This document shows positions 10,736 through 20,547 of a DNA stretch of 64,000 nucleotides, piece after piece. The position numbers and the translations under genes are program-made. The notes under the pieces are model-generated. The model was not told the origin of the DNA. It ran no database searches and saw nothing but the letters and a program-made list of their open reading frames with translations. How positions within the stretch are numbered: position 1 is the stretch's first letter; every line of letters begins with the position of its first letter. The stretch covers positions 47,290 to 111,289 of the IMG/VR virus record IMGVR_UViG_3300044656_000027. One strand, given 5' to 3'. The stretch is from a virus (Duplodnaviria > Caudoviricetes).

Positions 10736-11560
10736 TTATAGACCCCACATCCCTCCATAAATCGGGCTTTGTATATTTGATTCGTCTTCGTCTCTTGTAG
10801 AGATCGGAGGCAACTGACGGCGTGGTAGCTCGTAGTCGTCGTACTCTCTGTCTTCGAAGATCGGTACCAGACGGTTTGTGGTCTTGGATACGCGACGAAT
10901 CTTAGATACTTCGATTGCGTCAAGTCCTACATTCAGCATTGCACAGAGATGGTTGTATCTCTCGGTCATTCCGTCAATCTGCTCACGGAGCTGCTGATAA
11001 CGCTGGCTACGGGGCACTGTAGTCCCGTCAGCGGAGGAGATGTCAATATCTGTGGAAGCGTCCGTTGCAAGCGCCCAGAGGGCATCTATGGACGCTCTGA
11101 TGGCCACTAGGGACTCTTCTATCGGAGGAAGGTTTGATAGATCCATAGGGACACGTACGTACTTGATAAATCCGTTATTGTCCTTGAATCTCGTCTCCAC
11201 GTAACGCCCGTTGGTGTGCTGGAGAACTGCTCCATTGATGAACTGCGTTAGCTCATCATCAGAGAACATTCCACCTGCTTGCCCAGAAACTACTAAGGTG
11301 TCTCCCTGAGGCAAGGGTGAGGATGGTCCTTGTAGATAGACTCTTCCCTCTTGGGTGTTCAATGTGTAGTCCGTATTAAGGACCAGCACGATTGGAGACT
11401 GGTTGTGAATCCATGTGATAGTGACATTCCATACATTGAAATCAGTCAAGTCATACGTGGAGACCATTCCCGTACCCAAGAAAGTGTTTGAGAACGGGGC
11501 TCCAGTATCACCTAACTCCATGCGGACTCTGTTAATGATGTCCTGAGTAGTGAAACCCAT
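10736..11560 (-). CDS. Probable head-to-tail adaptor
   Basis: RVRMELGD...FSDDELTQF motif; position after capsid. Confidence 0.6.
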   Translation of the reverse strand: MGFTTQDIINRVRMELGDTGAPFSNTFLGTGMVSTYDLTDFNVWNVTITWIHNQSPIVLVLNTDYTLNTQEGRVYLQGPSSPLPQGDTLVVSGQAGGMFSDDELTQFINGAVLQHTNGRYVETRFKDNNGFIKYVRVPMDLSNLPPIEESLVAIRASIDALWALATDASTDIDISSADGTTVPRSQRYQQLREQIDGMTERYNHLCAMLNVGLDAIEVSKIRRVSKTTNRLVPIFEDREYDDYELPRRQLPPISTRDEDESNIQSPIYGGMWGL

Positions 11561-11568
11561 GGCACCCC

Positions 11569-12021
11569 TTACTGTAGCGTGAAGGTCAGGTTACCAATTG
11601 GAATAGTGATTGACTGATTCTGTGGAGCCAGAATTGGGGTGTCCCACTGCCAAGTAAGGATAACCTCACCAGTAGTACCAGATGCAGCGTTTACCAGCGC
11701 ACCAAATGTAGTGGCTGTACCCGAACCATTGGCAGAGGTGAAGACACCAAAGCTGACAAGGTTGGCGTTCTGAATCTGTGAGACTCCACCAGTAGGAGTA
11801 GTAGCAGACGTAAAGGTAACCACCTGACGGGAGTACCCAGTTGCTACTAACTCAGTAAGCTCAGAGAGCTGAGGATTAGTAGGGATCGCAGCAGTAGTTG
11901 TTGGGTCAGCAGTCAAAAGCATGATGTATGCAGTTGATGGAGGAGTCCAACCACCAAGAGAGGTACCTGTAATCCAGTTGAGAATAGCGCGATCCGTCGC
12001 GTCGGTGCAATTACCTGCCAT
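11569..12021 (-). CDS. Virion structural protein
   Basis: YIMLLTADP...GYSRQVVTF pattern common in phage virion proteins. Confidence 0.55.
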   Translation of the reverse strand: MAGNCTDATDRAILNWITGTSLGGWTPPSTAYIMLLTADPTTTAAIPTNPQLSELTELVATGYSRQVVTFTSATTPTGGVSQIQNANLVSFGVFTSANGSGTATTFGALVNAASGTTGEVILTWQWDTPILAPQNQSITIPIGNLTFTLQ

Positions 12022-12032
12022 TAGTTAGTTCC

Positions 12033-12413
12033 TTATCTAACGTATCCACCAGTCCATAGCAATCCCTTTGACTCAAGGTGCTTCGCCAATTCTACAGGAA
12101 CAACGTACTTACGTCCCTCTTCGAAATTGTAATGCTTACCTGCGCCGAAAGTCATGGACTCTAGAGTGGTGTTTGGAATGATGGTACGAGTAGGAGCCTC
12201 AAGCTCAATGTCCTTAAGGACAGTTAGGTCATCCTCTACTGGCTGAACGATAGGACCGTTTGAGTAATCAACTGGAGTAGCCGCTTCTTCATCGCGGACC
12301 TCCTGCATCATGGAGATTTCCTTGGCGCGCTCCTTTAGCGCTTCCTGGTTCTCCTTCTGTAGACGCTCAGTCTCAATACCGGTCAAGTCTCCTGCACGCT
12401 TACGTGGTGGCAT
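12033..12413 (-). CDS. Hypothetical protein
   Basis: ORF with AGGAG RBS and upstream extended -10 (TGATATAAT). Confidence 0.6.
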   Translation of the reverse strand: MPPRKRAGDLTGIETERLQKENQEALKERAKEISMMQEVRDEEAATPVDYSNGPIVQPVEDDLTVLKDIELEAPTRTIIPNTTLESMTFGAGKHYNFEEGRKYVVPVELAKHLESKGLLWTGGYVR

Positions 12414-12461
12414 TCTGTTCTCCTAATAAGTCACGATTGTTAGTTAGATTATATCAAGAAG

Positions 12462-12497
12462 AAAAGCCCCGCCCGAATATAGAAGGCAGGGCTTTTC
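12462..12497 (-). terminator. Intrinsic terminator after major capsid
   Basis: aaaagcccc...ggggctttt hairpin with T tracts. Confidence 0.7.
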
Positions 12498-12507
12498 TAA
12501 ACAAGAA

Positions 12508-13545
12508 TTAGTTGGTGGATGCGATAACCACAGAGATGTCTGTGATCAAACCAAGTCCCCAGATAGCGTACCACGCCAAGGCGTGCTCTCTTCCGAAATC
12601 TAGGATACCACCATCACGCAATTCTACTGGAAGAGAAATAGCGTGACCGAATGCATTATCTCCAATAAAGATGGAGTCATAACGGTTAGCGGAACCATTA
12701 CCAGTGGTTACTCCACCAGTTGTAGTATCAGCGGTCCAACCAGTTCCGGCACCACCGACTACATTTCTAACCTGAGTAGTTTCGATAAATACTACGTCAT
12801 TCAATCTACCAATTTCACCAAGCATGAAATTCCCTGGGGCCGCATACTTAGTCATTTCGATAAATTGAGGATCGTTTCTCAACCAACGGCTCTGGTGAGG
12901 GTGTACGAAACATACATATGTCTCGCCCAAACGTGGAACATTCTTCGTAGCCAAAGTTTCTACGGCATCGAATACAACCTGAGAAGTCAAGTTGAAGTCA
13001 CCAGTCATAGAAGCGTTAGAAGTACCAGGAGTACCGATGTTGTAGTAAACCTGGTTGTTAAGTGCGCCAGTGTCCTTCTGGTATCCGAAGATTTGTGAAG
13101 AAGCCTGTAGAAGAGTGTTACGTGCACTAACGTCTAGGTAGGTGGCCATGTTACGCCCTAGAAGACGAGAAGCAGAAGCCATAACGTCATCGAAGGAAGC
13201 GTTAAGCAATAGCTCAGAAACAGCAACAGCGAATCCCTGCTCAGCCACGGTGATGGAGAACTGAGAAGCTGTCAATGGAGCAGTCTGCATACGAATACCT
13301 TCAACAAGCTGGCTAGCCTGTCCTAGGTTATTGTAACGCATAAAGTTAATTGTGAGACCAGGAGTTACCCCGAGCTCAGTCTTCTTTACGGCAAATTGCT
13401 CGAATCTTAGAATCGGCATTGCCTGGAAGAGGATTTCCTTTGACCATATGGTCTGAATTGCTGGGGATAGCGCGGTGCTACCACCAGGGTAGGAAGTAGG
13501 GGCACCAGAGATATTCGGAGTACCCGTGATGGCTGATCCTGCCAT
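12508..13545 (-). CDS. Major capsid protein (N4 gp56 family)
   Basis: LRFEQFAVKKTELG..PGLTINFMRY; YVCFVHPHQ; GEIGRL..VVFIETT; DFGREHALAWY. Confidence 0.92.
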   Translation of the reverse strand: MAGSAITGTPNISGAPTSYPGGSTALSPAIQTIWSKEILFQAMPILRFEQFAVKKTELGVTPGLTINFMRYNNLGQASQLVEGIRMQTAPLTASQFSITVAEQGFAVAVSELLLNASFDDVMASASRLLGRNMATYLDVSARNTLLQASSQIFGYQKDTGALNNQVYYNIGTPGTSNASMTGDFNLTSQVVFDAVETLATKNVPRLGETYVCFVHPHQSRWLRNDPQFIEMTKYAAPGNFMLGEIGRLNDVVFIETTQVRNVVGGAGTGWTADTTTGGVTTGNGSANRYDSIFIGDNAFGHAISLPVELRDGGILDFGREHALAWYAIWGLGLITDISVVIASTN

Positions 13546-13603
13546 ATTTAGTCCTTATCATTTGTATGGGCTAGGCACCAGCCGCCCAGAGATGTTCTTA
13601 AAC

Positions 13604-14419
13604 TTAGCCTAGGATGCCACGGTCACTAGCTGCTGTACGGGCAGCCATTCCCGACTCCTGGCGGAACTTCGCATACTCACTCATGGACATGTTTGCAATG
13701 TCCTGTGGGGAGAGCTGCTTCTGTCCCATAGCCCCGTCCATTGGACCAAGGGCGGTATATCCCGTAGCTGATACTCCACGCATCTGGGACATCTGTTGTT
13801 GTCTAGCCGCAGCCACTTCATCGGCAATGGACTGAGTAGCAATCTTTGCCTGTGCTATAGCGTTATCGATCTGTTCCTTAGTTTCACCTGTGATGAAGTT
13901 ATGGAACTGCGGTGCGATCTCGTTAGAGTTAGCCGATAGTGCCTGGCTTCTGTACTCTACAAGTTCATTATATGCTCTTTCCTTGGCAAGTAGTGCACGC
14001 TCATTCTCGCGCTCCATCTGGAGCTGATTAAAGCGGGATTCCCAAGTCTCGTTGGTCTCCTTAAGCTTGGCCTCTAGGAGAGCCTTTGCAGACATCTCTT
14101 CTTCCTTTTTGGCCTTCTTAGCGGATTCCTTTTCCTGACGTTCACGCTCTAAGACGCTGAGCTCTTCCTGGCGCTGCTTCTGTAGATCCTGCAATAGCTT
14201 CTGAGAGCTACTGAACTGCTCCTTTAGGGAAGTGATCTCACTGTATAGCTTATCCTTCTCCTGCTTGCGTGCTGCGGCGATATCTGCCTCAGTGAATGTA
14301 CGCTCTCCCGTAGCTCCATGCTGGAATGCTACTGGGGAAGGAGCTGGACTCTGTGCGCCGTTGTCTGGGGTTGGAGACCCAATTGCCGCGTCCAAACCCG
14401 GTTGTACTGGAGTGCCCAT
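13604..14419 (-). CDS. Scaffolding protein
   Basis: Coiled coil between portal and capsid; FTEADIAAARKQEKDKLY; C-terminal MSMSEYAK. Confidence 0.8.
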   Translation of the reverse strand: MGTPVQPGLDAAIGSPTPDNGAQSPAPSPVAFQHGATGERTFTEADIAAARKQEKDKLYSEITSLKEQFSSSQKLLQDLQKQRQEELSVLERERQEKESAKKAKKEEEMSAKALLEAKLKETNETWESRFNQLQMERENERALLAKERAYNELVEYRSQALSANSNEIAPQFHNFITGETKEQIDNAIAQAKIATQSIADEVAAARQQQMSQMRGVSATGYTALGPMDGAMGQKQLSPQDIANMSMSEYAKFRQESGMAARTAASDRGILG

Positions 14420-14486
14420 TATATTATCTCCTGAATTCTCACTGTAAGTTTTCCGAATATATCCCGAATGAATTAACTTCTAAGTC

Positions 14487-16208
14487 TTACTTATTATCGT
14501 CTGTAGGAAGCTGACGTGAACCTAGCTTCGTACCGTAAGCGTCGTTTACCATTGCTCTAAGAGCTTCCATGGAACCCGCACCATCCATAGCCTGTAGGTT
14601 AGGGCTGTTGTCGATGGTTCCTGGTCCTCCGCCTGTTGGCTTCGGATTACCCTCAGAATCTAGCTGAGGTTGTGCGTTCGGGTTAGGCTCTGATCCGTCA
14701 GGACCAGGCATAAGCCCAGTGGTCTCAACCACAATGGAATCAATCTGTGCTCTCAGCATACGTAGAGCACCGTCACGAATTGCATCCTCGTGTAGTTCGT
14801 CGTAAATTTCCTGTAGCTTGTCGTCTGGGAATTGCTCTCCCAGGTCCTTAAGCGCACCGCGACGTGATTCCAGATCCAGATTCATCATTGCCATAATCTC
14901 ATTCAGCTTGACAAGTCTGTCTACTGGCAGTGGAGATGGCCATGTGATATCTGAGAAATAAACTAGAGGGTCATTAGGATCTAATACTGGAGGCTGACCC
15001 TCTTGCATAATTCCTTCTGTATCAGGATTATACACTAATGCTTCCGGCTCGAAGATAAATAGAGTTCTTAAAGCTAACTCATTAATCTTCTGTAGTCCCT
15101 TACCATATTGTATCTTCTTTAATTCGAACTTTTGGATAAGGGGGAAGAATTGAATTGCTAGAGCTACACCTGATGTATTTGAAATAGGCTGGCTCTGTCC
15201 AAGTGCAGACTCAGGTACTCCAGTCATCTCGTGCATAGCACGCTTGATGGTGTTCAGTACCTCTAGTGGCCACTGTAGGTCTACACCGTTCTCAAGGTTC
15301 TGTACAGATACTTCCTTGTTTCCGATGGACCATACTCGGTTGGTACCCTTCTCAAGCTGAGATGGCTTGGCACCGATAACCACAGTAATGGGAGCTGCGT
15401 GGTAATTAACAATGTCAGCAATGTCCGTAGCAGTTTCATTGTACTGACGATTAAGCGTAATCAAGTCCTGCACATCGGACATTCCCCAAGGAGATCCGGA
15501 AGCAGGGTGATTAGCAATGTGAACGATAGGAATAACGCCAAGTACGTTTGGACGCTCGTCAATAAGCTCGTCATTTACATACTCGCGAATAACATCAGAA
15601 CGAATCAACTCAGTGTATGTGTAAACACTTCTGGTTCCCTCTGTGTTGGTTCCCCAAAAGCGATACTTTAGTTTGAACTCTAGCAAACGGTCACGGTCGT
15701 GTGGGTGCCAAGTGGGGAAGCAGAATGCAGAGTTAAGCGGGAGGATACGTACTCTACCCTCATGCATATTTCCTGCGTTGTCTTCCCAAGCTGGTTCGTA
15801 GGCCACCTTGATAAACGTATCTCCAGAGACACCACCTTGCTGACCCATCTCCCAGATTACGGACTTCATATTGTTATCCTGCTGCCAAATGCGCTTTAGC
15901 AGTGCAGGAACAATGTGGTCGTATTCCTTAACGGTGTCGAATGTGATGCCTCTGGAGAAACAGAAGTTATTGATATAGTCAGCAAAAGCCTTGATGTAAT
16001 TGAAGACAAGTTGTGGATCACCAAATTCACGACGGGTTCCCCAGTGATGTCCAAGATACCAAGCCCAGTATTCTGCATAGCGATTGAGTCTTGGTCCGTG
16101 CATTTCAAATTCTTCATCGGAAAGCTCAACTAGACCTAGTGGCGAAATTGCAATCGCTAGGTCTGAGGCTGCTGCTCTCATTGATGGAGAGTAGAAAGAT
16201 GTTGACAT
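14487..16208 (-). CDS. Portal protein
   Basis: GGVSGD, NVLGVIPIVHIAN, GMSD, SNTSGVAL motifs. Confidence 0.9.
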   Translation of the reverse strand: MSTSFYSPSMRAAASDLAIAISPLGLVELSDEEFEMHGPRLNRYAEYWAWYLGHHWGTRREFGDPQLVFNYIKAFADYINNFCFSRGITFDTVKEYDHIVPALLKRIWQQDNNMKSVIWEMGQQGGVSGDTFIKVAYEPAWEDNAGNMHEGRVRILPLNSAFCFPTWHPHDRDRLLEFKLKYRFWGTNTEGTRSVYTYTELIRSDVIREYVNDELIDERPNVLGVIPIVHIANHPASGSPWGMSDVQDLITLNRQYNETATDIADIVNYHAAPITVVIGAKPSQLEKGTNRVWSIGNKEVSVQNLENGVDLQWPLEVLNTIKRAMHEMTGVPESALGQSQPISNTSGVALAIQFFPLIQKFELKKIQYGKGLQKINELALRTLFIFEPEALVYNPDTEGIMQEGQPPVLDPNDPLVYFSDITWPSPLPVDRLVKLNEIMAMMNLDLESRRGALKDLGEQFPDDKLQEIYDELHEDAIRDGALRMLRAQIDSIVVETTGLMPGPDGSEPNPNAQPQLDSEGNPKPTGGGPGTIDNSPNLQAMDGAGSMEALRAMVNDAYGTKLGSRQLPTDDNK

Positions 16209-16322
16209 GGAATCCCATTCTACGAATTAGTGTCTCTTGGTGTAAATCTTATCACATATTAGTATTCGGCCCAGAGTATCTGTAGGTTCCAAACCTGATT
16301 AGTATTTCCTGCTGCTGTGCTA

Positions 16323-16622
16323 TTAGACACCTACCTGCACAGTGAAGTTAGCTGCTGCTGCGGAAATAAGTCTTACATCAGTGCTGGAGGTAATTCCAGA
16401 TCCAACCTGTGGACTGACCTTAGGATTGTTAACAGAGAGAGCGCTGTTAGCTGCAATGAAGAAACAGTCATCTCCTGCAATAGTTGGATCAATTCCATCA
16501 AAGCGAGCCCACATATCTCCTGTGGATCTGTTCTCTACTTCAATGCCACGGAACCAACCGAAGGTGAGGCGCGATACTGTGTTTGCCACAGTCGTACCGC
16601 TAGTGATGTGTACACCAGCCAT
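16323..16622 (-). CDS. Small beta-rich virion/decoration-like protein (paralog 1)
   Basis: WARFDGIDPT motif shared with 16632 and 17206 ORFs. Confidence 0.55.
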   Translation of the reverse strand: MAGVHITSGTTVANTVSRLTFGWFRGIEVENRSTGDMWARFDGIDPTIAGDDCFFIAANSALSVNNPKVSPQVGSGITSSTDVRLISAAAANFTVQVGV

Positions 16623-16631
16623 AGTTACTCC

Positions 16632-16970
16632 TTAGGAAGCATATACAGTGAAAGGAATGGCTGTATCAGATACAAGCAATACGCTAGTACCGTTTACGCT
16701 TCGGGTAATTGGTTCCTGAGTCAGGACACCATTCGGGAATGTCACAGCCTGTCCGGGAAGCACAGGATAGCTGTCATCTGTGTCTGTAGGAGAAGACGGA
16801 TTCCAAATCTTAGGGTTATTACCGTCTGTACGGAGCCAGATGGTTCCTGTCGTTCCTCTGTGAATGACTGTGATGTTTGCAAAATACTGAGGGAAGTTCA
16901 CAGGATATACAACCTGATTGGTTACTATACTCGCTGTGAGAGTATCTGAGTGTGATCTACTTGCAGCCAT
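16632..16970 (-). CDS. Small beta-rich virion/decoration-like protein (paralog 2)
   Basis: WLRTDGNNP motif. Confidence 0.55.
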   Translation of the reverse strand: MAASRSHSDTLTASIVTNQVVYPVNFPQYFANITVIHRGTTGTIWLRTDGNNPKIWNPSSPTDTDDSYPVLPGQAVTFPNGVLTQEPITRSVNGTSVLLVSDTAIPFTVYAS

Positions 16971-16977
16971 AGCTTTC

Positions 16978-17196
16978 CTATCTCATGTTAACGACCGCAG
17001 TAGTTTGGTCTAGAGGATACTTTACTGGAGACGCACCAGGTATCTGTCCTCCGCTGTATCCGAATTCGTTGAGCAGATGAGCATGCATTTGTGCGTCAGC
17101 ATTAGATTGACCGGGAATAGGAACGAACATGTAGTCGCCGCTATTCCCGGTCAGCTCTTCATATGCGGCGGTACGTCTATTATGAAATACCGTCAT
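16978..17196 (-). CDS. Hypothetical protein
   Basis: Compact ORF in operon. Confidence 0.5.
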   Translation of the reverse strand: MTVFHNRRTAAYEELTGNSGDYMFVPIPGQSNADAQMHAHLLNEFGYSGGQIPGASPVKYPLDQTTAVVNMR

Positions 17197-17205
17197 TAAT
17201 CAACC

Positions 17206-17601
17206 TTAGGCTAGAACAGTTGCAGCACCAGGGCTGTTGGACAGTTCAATATTATAGGTTGGTGGATTGGTAGCAAATGTACCAATCAAAGACACCTTGG
17301 TCTGTGCAGTTGTAAACGCTGGCACAGCAGATGGGTCAGTTGCAGCAGGAGTAGTTGCGGACAACTCGGCAGCTGGCAATAGGTTCTTTAGAACTGCGGT
17401 AACAGAACCGGTTGCTGGTACAGAGATTGCAGTGCAGTCTGCTCCACCAACGGTTGGGGTAGATCCATCAACGGTTGCATAAACAATACCAGCAGTACCA
17501 GTACCGTTAAGGGTGATGGATACCCACTTCTGCCAAGAAGTTAAAGTATTTGCGGCCACAGTGTTAGACACAAGAGTACCGCTAACTGCGTGTACAGCCA
17601 T
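17206..17601 (-). CDS. Small beta-rich virion/decoration-like protein (paralog 3)
   Basis: YATVDGSTPT motif. Confidence 0.55.
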   Translation of the reverse strand: MAVHAVSGTLVSNTVAANTLTSWQKWVSITLNGTGTAGIVYATVDGSTPTVGGADCTAISVPATGSVTAVLKNLLPAAELSATTPAATDPSAVPAFTTAQTKVSLIGTFATNPPTYNIELSNSPGAATVLA

Positions 17602-17625
17602 ATTTCACGTCCAATAATAGAAGGA

Positions 17626-17898
17626 TTACTTAGCGGCTGAGTCCACTGCGGCATCCGCAGAATCAACAACCTTATCAACAGTGTCCACATCAGAACGCAG
17701 GGTATCTGCGACCTTCTCTACGTGAGAGGCAGCGTCGTGGACCTTAGAAGCAATGTCCGCCTTTACAACGTCCTCAATTGGGGACTGGTGTACGCGCTGG
17801 AAAATTGCCTCAAGCTTTAGAGTCAGAGCGTGAAGGTCACCCTCCACCTTTCCCTTGACATCTGCAAGCTTCTTCTCTACATCAGCAAATACGCTCAT
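17626..17898 (-). CDS. Hypothetical helical protein
   Basis: ORF with RBS; amphipathic Ala/Asp/Val-rich. Confidence 0.55.
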   Translation of the reverse strand: MSVFADVEKKLADVKGKVEGDLHALTLKLEAIFQRVHQSPIEDVVKADIASKVHDAASHVEKVADTLRSDVDTVDKVVDSADAAVDSAAK

Positions 17899-17907
17899 TG
17901 TTATTCC

Positions 17908-18114
17908 TTAAGAGTTTCGTGCGACAGAGGCATTGAAATGCATGACCGCTTCATCTAACTTTGTAATTGCAGAGGATAATTCTCTGCTTGCCGGGGCGTG
18001 TTCGTCCATCCACAAAGCGAACTCTAAGGCTCTTGAACGTGCCTCCTCATAGAGAAGACCCTGTTCCGGTGTAGCAGGATGGAAAGTAAATCTATTCTGG
18101 ATATCGCTGTTCAT
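17908..18114 (-). CDS. Acb2/Tad1-like helical-hairpin protein (putative cyclic-nucleotide sponge)
   Basis: NRFTFHP...SRELSSAITKLDEAVMHFNASVAR. Confidence 0.65.
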   Translation of the reverse strand: MNSDIQNRFTFHPATPEQGLLYEEARSRALEFALWMDEHAPASRELSSAITKLDEAVMHFNASVARNS

Positions 18115-18138
18115 ATTATGCTCCGAATGGTTTTGGAA

Positions 18139-18576
18139 TTAGTCAGTTACGATAGCACCGTGTAGACGCTCGTAACGACCACCGGAGCGAGATACTTGCT
18201 CAAATCTCTTTGCTGCATTGGAGTCAACCTGTACTCCATGCATAAACTCACCATTCATACCAGCAGAGTCAATCCATGCAGCAGAACCAACGTGAGCACG
18301 CTCACGAAGGGTCTCAGCAGCAGGCTTGATGAATACTGGTAGATTGTGGTTTGGCTTGCCGGGAGCTGTGCGATAACCCTGCATTGCGCCAAGTTGGAAA
18401 TCGTTAGGTACATCTGTATCTGTAGCGATTCCTTCCTCAAAGCGCAGAGGTCCACGACGCTCGCTATTAACGGCTGCCTTGCCCTCATAATTGACCGCTC
18501 CACGGTCTCTTTCTGGGAATCTAGGAGTAGGCGCTAGATTGGTTACGCGGCCTGCTTCCTGGTACATTTCTGCCAT
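18139..18576 (-). CDS. Hypothetical protein
   Basis: ORF with AAGGA RBS downstream of terminase. Confidence 0.6.
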   Translation of the reverse strand: MAEMYQEAGRVTNLAPTPRFPERDRGAVNYEGKAAVNSERRGPLRFEEGIATDTDVPNDFQLGAMQGYRTAPGKPNHNLPVFIKPAAETLRERAHVGSAAWIDSAGMNGEFMHGVQVDSNAAKRFEQVSRSGGRYERLHGAIVTD

Positions 18577-18618
18577 ATGGTTTCCTTAAGTCAGATATCT
18601 ACTAGATATGATACCGCA

Positions 18619-20196
18619 TTACGATCTGCGTCTATCATAGAACGGATTATTGCTGACTTCGATCTCCTCTTGTACTGACTCAGGAATGATACTGAGTGCA
18701 ATAGCCAGAGAGTCACAATAGTCATCGTGAGCATTGGCTTCCTTCGGAGCCTCAGCCAACATGTATGGTCCTTCAAACTTCACCTGTAGGTCAGACATTT
18801 GCTGGATGAAGTTACGGTATGTACGCAGAGAACGTGTCTTAGCGTGAGCGGGCCAACCGATCTTGCCTCTATCGATTACTTCACGAAGGTACTTCCAACG
18901 ATCAGACTGTGCCTGTCGCTGTGAGGATACATCGATAATTTCTATATGAGGCAATAATACCCTAAGTCTGTCAACAACTAGGTCACCCATTCCACCTGAG
19001 TCAACTCCAATTGCGAATACATTGTATTTCGAAACGAATTCAACAATTCGGTGATACTGTGTTTCCCAATCTTGTCCCTGTAAATCAAGCCAATTAAGAA
19101 CTCGGCAATTGTAATATCCGAATTCATCTCTGTGCTCCCAGTCAACAAACATAGCTGTGACAATAGTGGAGTCGATCTTACGTGCAGGGTCAATTCCAAT
19201 AACGATAGGAGTAGTGTAGTAAGCCTTCACTGTCTCCATAGTCTTATCTCCAAGCTCATCAAGGCGCTCGGAGGTGGTAAACATTCCCTGTTCCAGAAGC
19301 CACATGAGGCGGTAGGACAGCTTGAATTCGTCTGAGTCGTAACCCATACGCAGCATGTCTCCCGCTACAGCCTTCTCATACTTCTTATTCCACTTGGATA
19401 CTTCCCTGTAGTCAGCTTCGTAGTGGTTGGTACGAGCTCCGCGCTTAGTGGCATTACGCTTGTTCTGCTGAATCTGTCGGTAGAAAACACCCTTCTCATA
19501 CGTGGGTGTTCCAGTCATGATGAAGGTACCGGCAGTAGAAGCAAGCATCGGGCGAATTGACTTGTCAACAACTCTCTGGTCGGCAACCTGTGCCTCATCC
19601 AAAAGAGCGATGTGATAAGTCTTACCTTCAATAGATGCGCGAGGGTGAGCTGTCTGCCTGCGTACTAGAGAGCCACACTTCTCTAACTTGATCTCAGCTC
19701 CCTTACCCTTGATACGATCATCAATACCAGGGTCCAGAAGAATTGCTTGCGCGCGCTCGGATGTCAGCATGGACACGATACGGCTAAAGAGGGTCTTAGC
19801 CATGTCGTCAACGGGTGCGAAGGCTCCTACCCATACGCCTTCCTTGAAAGAGTCCAGAAGGTCTGCGTAGCGCTCCAGCTTCGCTAATCTGGGAAGCATG
19901 ATCATCATCGTAGCAATGGCAGCCGATACTGTCTCAGTCTTGCCGCTCTGACGGCTAAAAAGGGCTGTCACAGTCGCGTTGTCGTTGATGATGACCGATT
20001 CCATGATGCGCGCTGCAAAGGGTCTCTGATAGCCATACAGAGGGTGTCCTGACAGCTCGTCGGCAAAGATCAGCAGCTTCTCCACCAAGAGATCCACGGA
20101 TGCCTGAGACATCGGGTCTAGTTCGATCTTGGTGGAGTTGAGGGCTTCCAGCTCTTCGGTTGTTAAATCTTCATACGTTTCGTCGTACATTGTCAT
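18619..20196 (-). CDS. terL: Terminase large subunit
   Basis: Walker A SRQSGKT, Walker B LLDEAQ, TGTP, nuclease GIDPAR and DDYCDS; start set at AGGAG-preceded ATG. Confidence 0.93.
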   Translation of the reverse strand: MTMYDETYEDLTTEELEALNSTKIELDPMSQASVDLLVEKLLIFADELSGHPLYGYQRPFAARIMESVIINDNATVTALFSRQSGKTETVSAAIATMMIMLPRLAKLERYADLLDSFKEGVWVGAFAPVDDMAKTLFSRIVSMLTSERAQAILLDPGIDDRIKGKGAEIKLEKCGSLVRRQTAHPRASIEGKTYHIALLDEAQVADQRVVDKSIRPMLASTAGTFIMTGTPTYEKGVFYRQIQQNKRNATKRGARTNHYEADYREVSKWNKKYEKAVAGDMLRMGYDSDEFKLSYRLMWLLEQGMFTTSERLDELGDKTMETVKAYYTTPIVIGIDPARKIDSTIVTAMFVDWEHRDEFGYYNCRVLNWLDLQGQDWETQYHRIVEFVSKYNVFAIGVDSGGMGDLVVDRLRVLLPHIEIIDVSSQRQAQSDRWKYLREVIDRGKIGWPAHAKTRSLRTYRNFIQQMSDLQVKFEGPYMLAEAPKEANAHDDYCDSLAIALSIIPESVQEEIEVSNNPFYDRRRS

Positions 20197-20235
20197 GTCG
20201 TTCTCCTGATCAATATCTCGTTCCTCCATTGTACC

Positions 20236-20264
20236 TTGACAAAGGGTTGACCCTGCGGTACGTT
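20236..20264 (+). promoter_or_regulatory. Housekeeping-sigma promoter for the opposite-strand membrane gene
   Basis: TTGACA-N17-TACGTT. Confidence 0.6.
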
Positions 20265-20298
20265 GGTGGTACCACAACTAAACACCAAGGAGATCATC

Positions 20299-20547
20299 AT
20301 GGACGAGTTCGACCCTTTCGAGCAGATGTCTCAGCACGATCACTCTGGGGAGTTCATGAGACCCTTCGTGGGTGGAATGGTAGGCGGCTTCATTGGCCAC
20401 CAGCTCTCCAAGACACGGTTGGGTCAGCGATTCGAGAACAGCCGCATCGTCGGTTGGATCATTGGTCTGATACTGCTCGGAGTTGCCGGGTACGCTGCAT
20501 TCTGTTGCGTAGTCTTTCTAGGCTTCCTGATTCACGCGTTCCTCTAA
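20299..20547 (+). CDS. Small membrane protein with glycine zipper
   Basis: AAGGAG RBS; VGGMVGGFIG and a C-terminal hydrophobic helix. Confidence 0.65.
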   Translation: MDEFDPFEQMSQHDHSGEFMRPFVGGMVGGFIGHQLSKTRLGQRFENSRIVGWIIGLILLGVAGYAAFCCVVFLGFLIHAFL

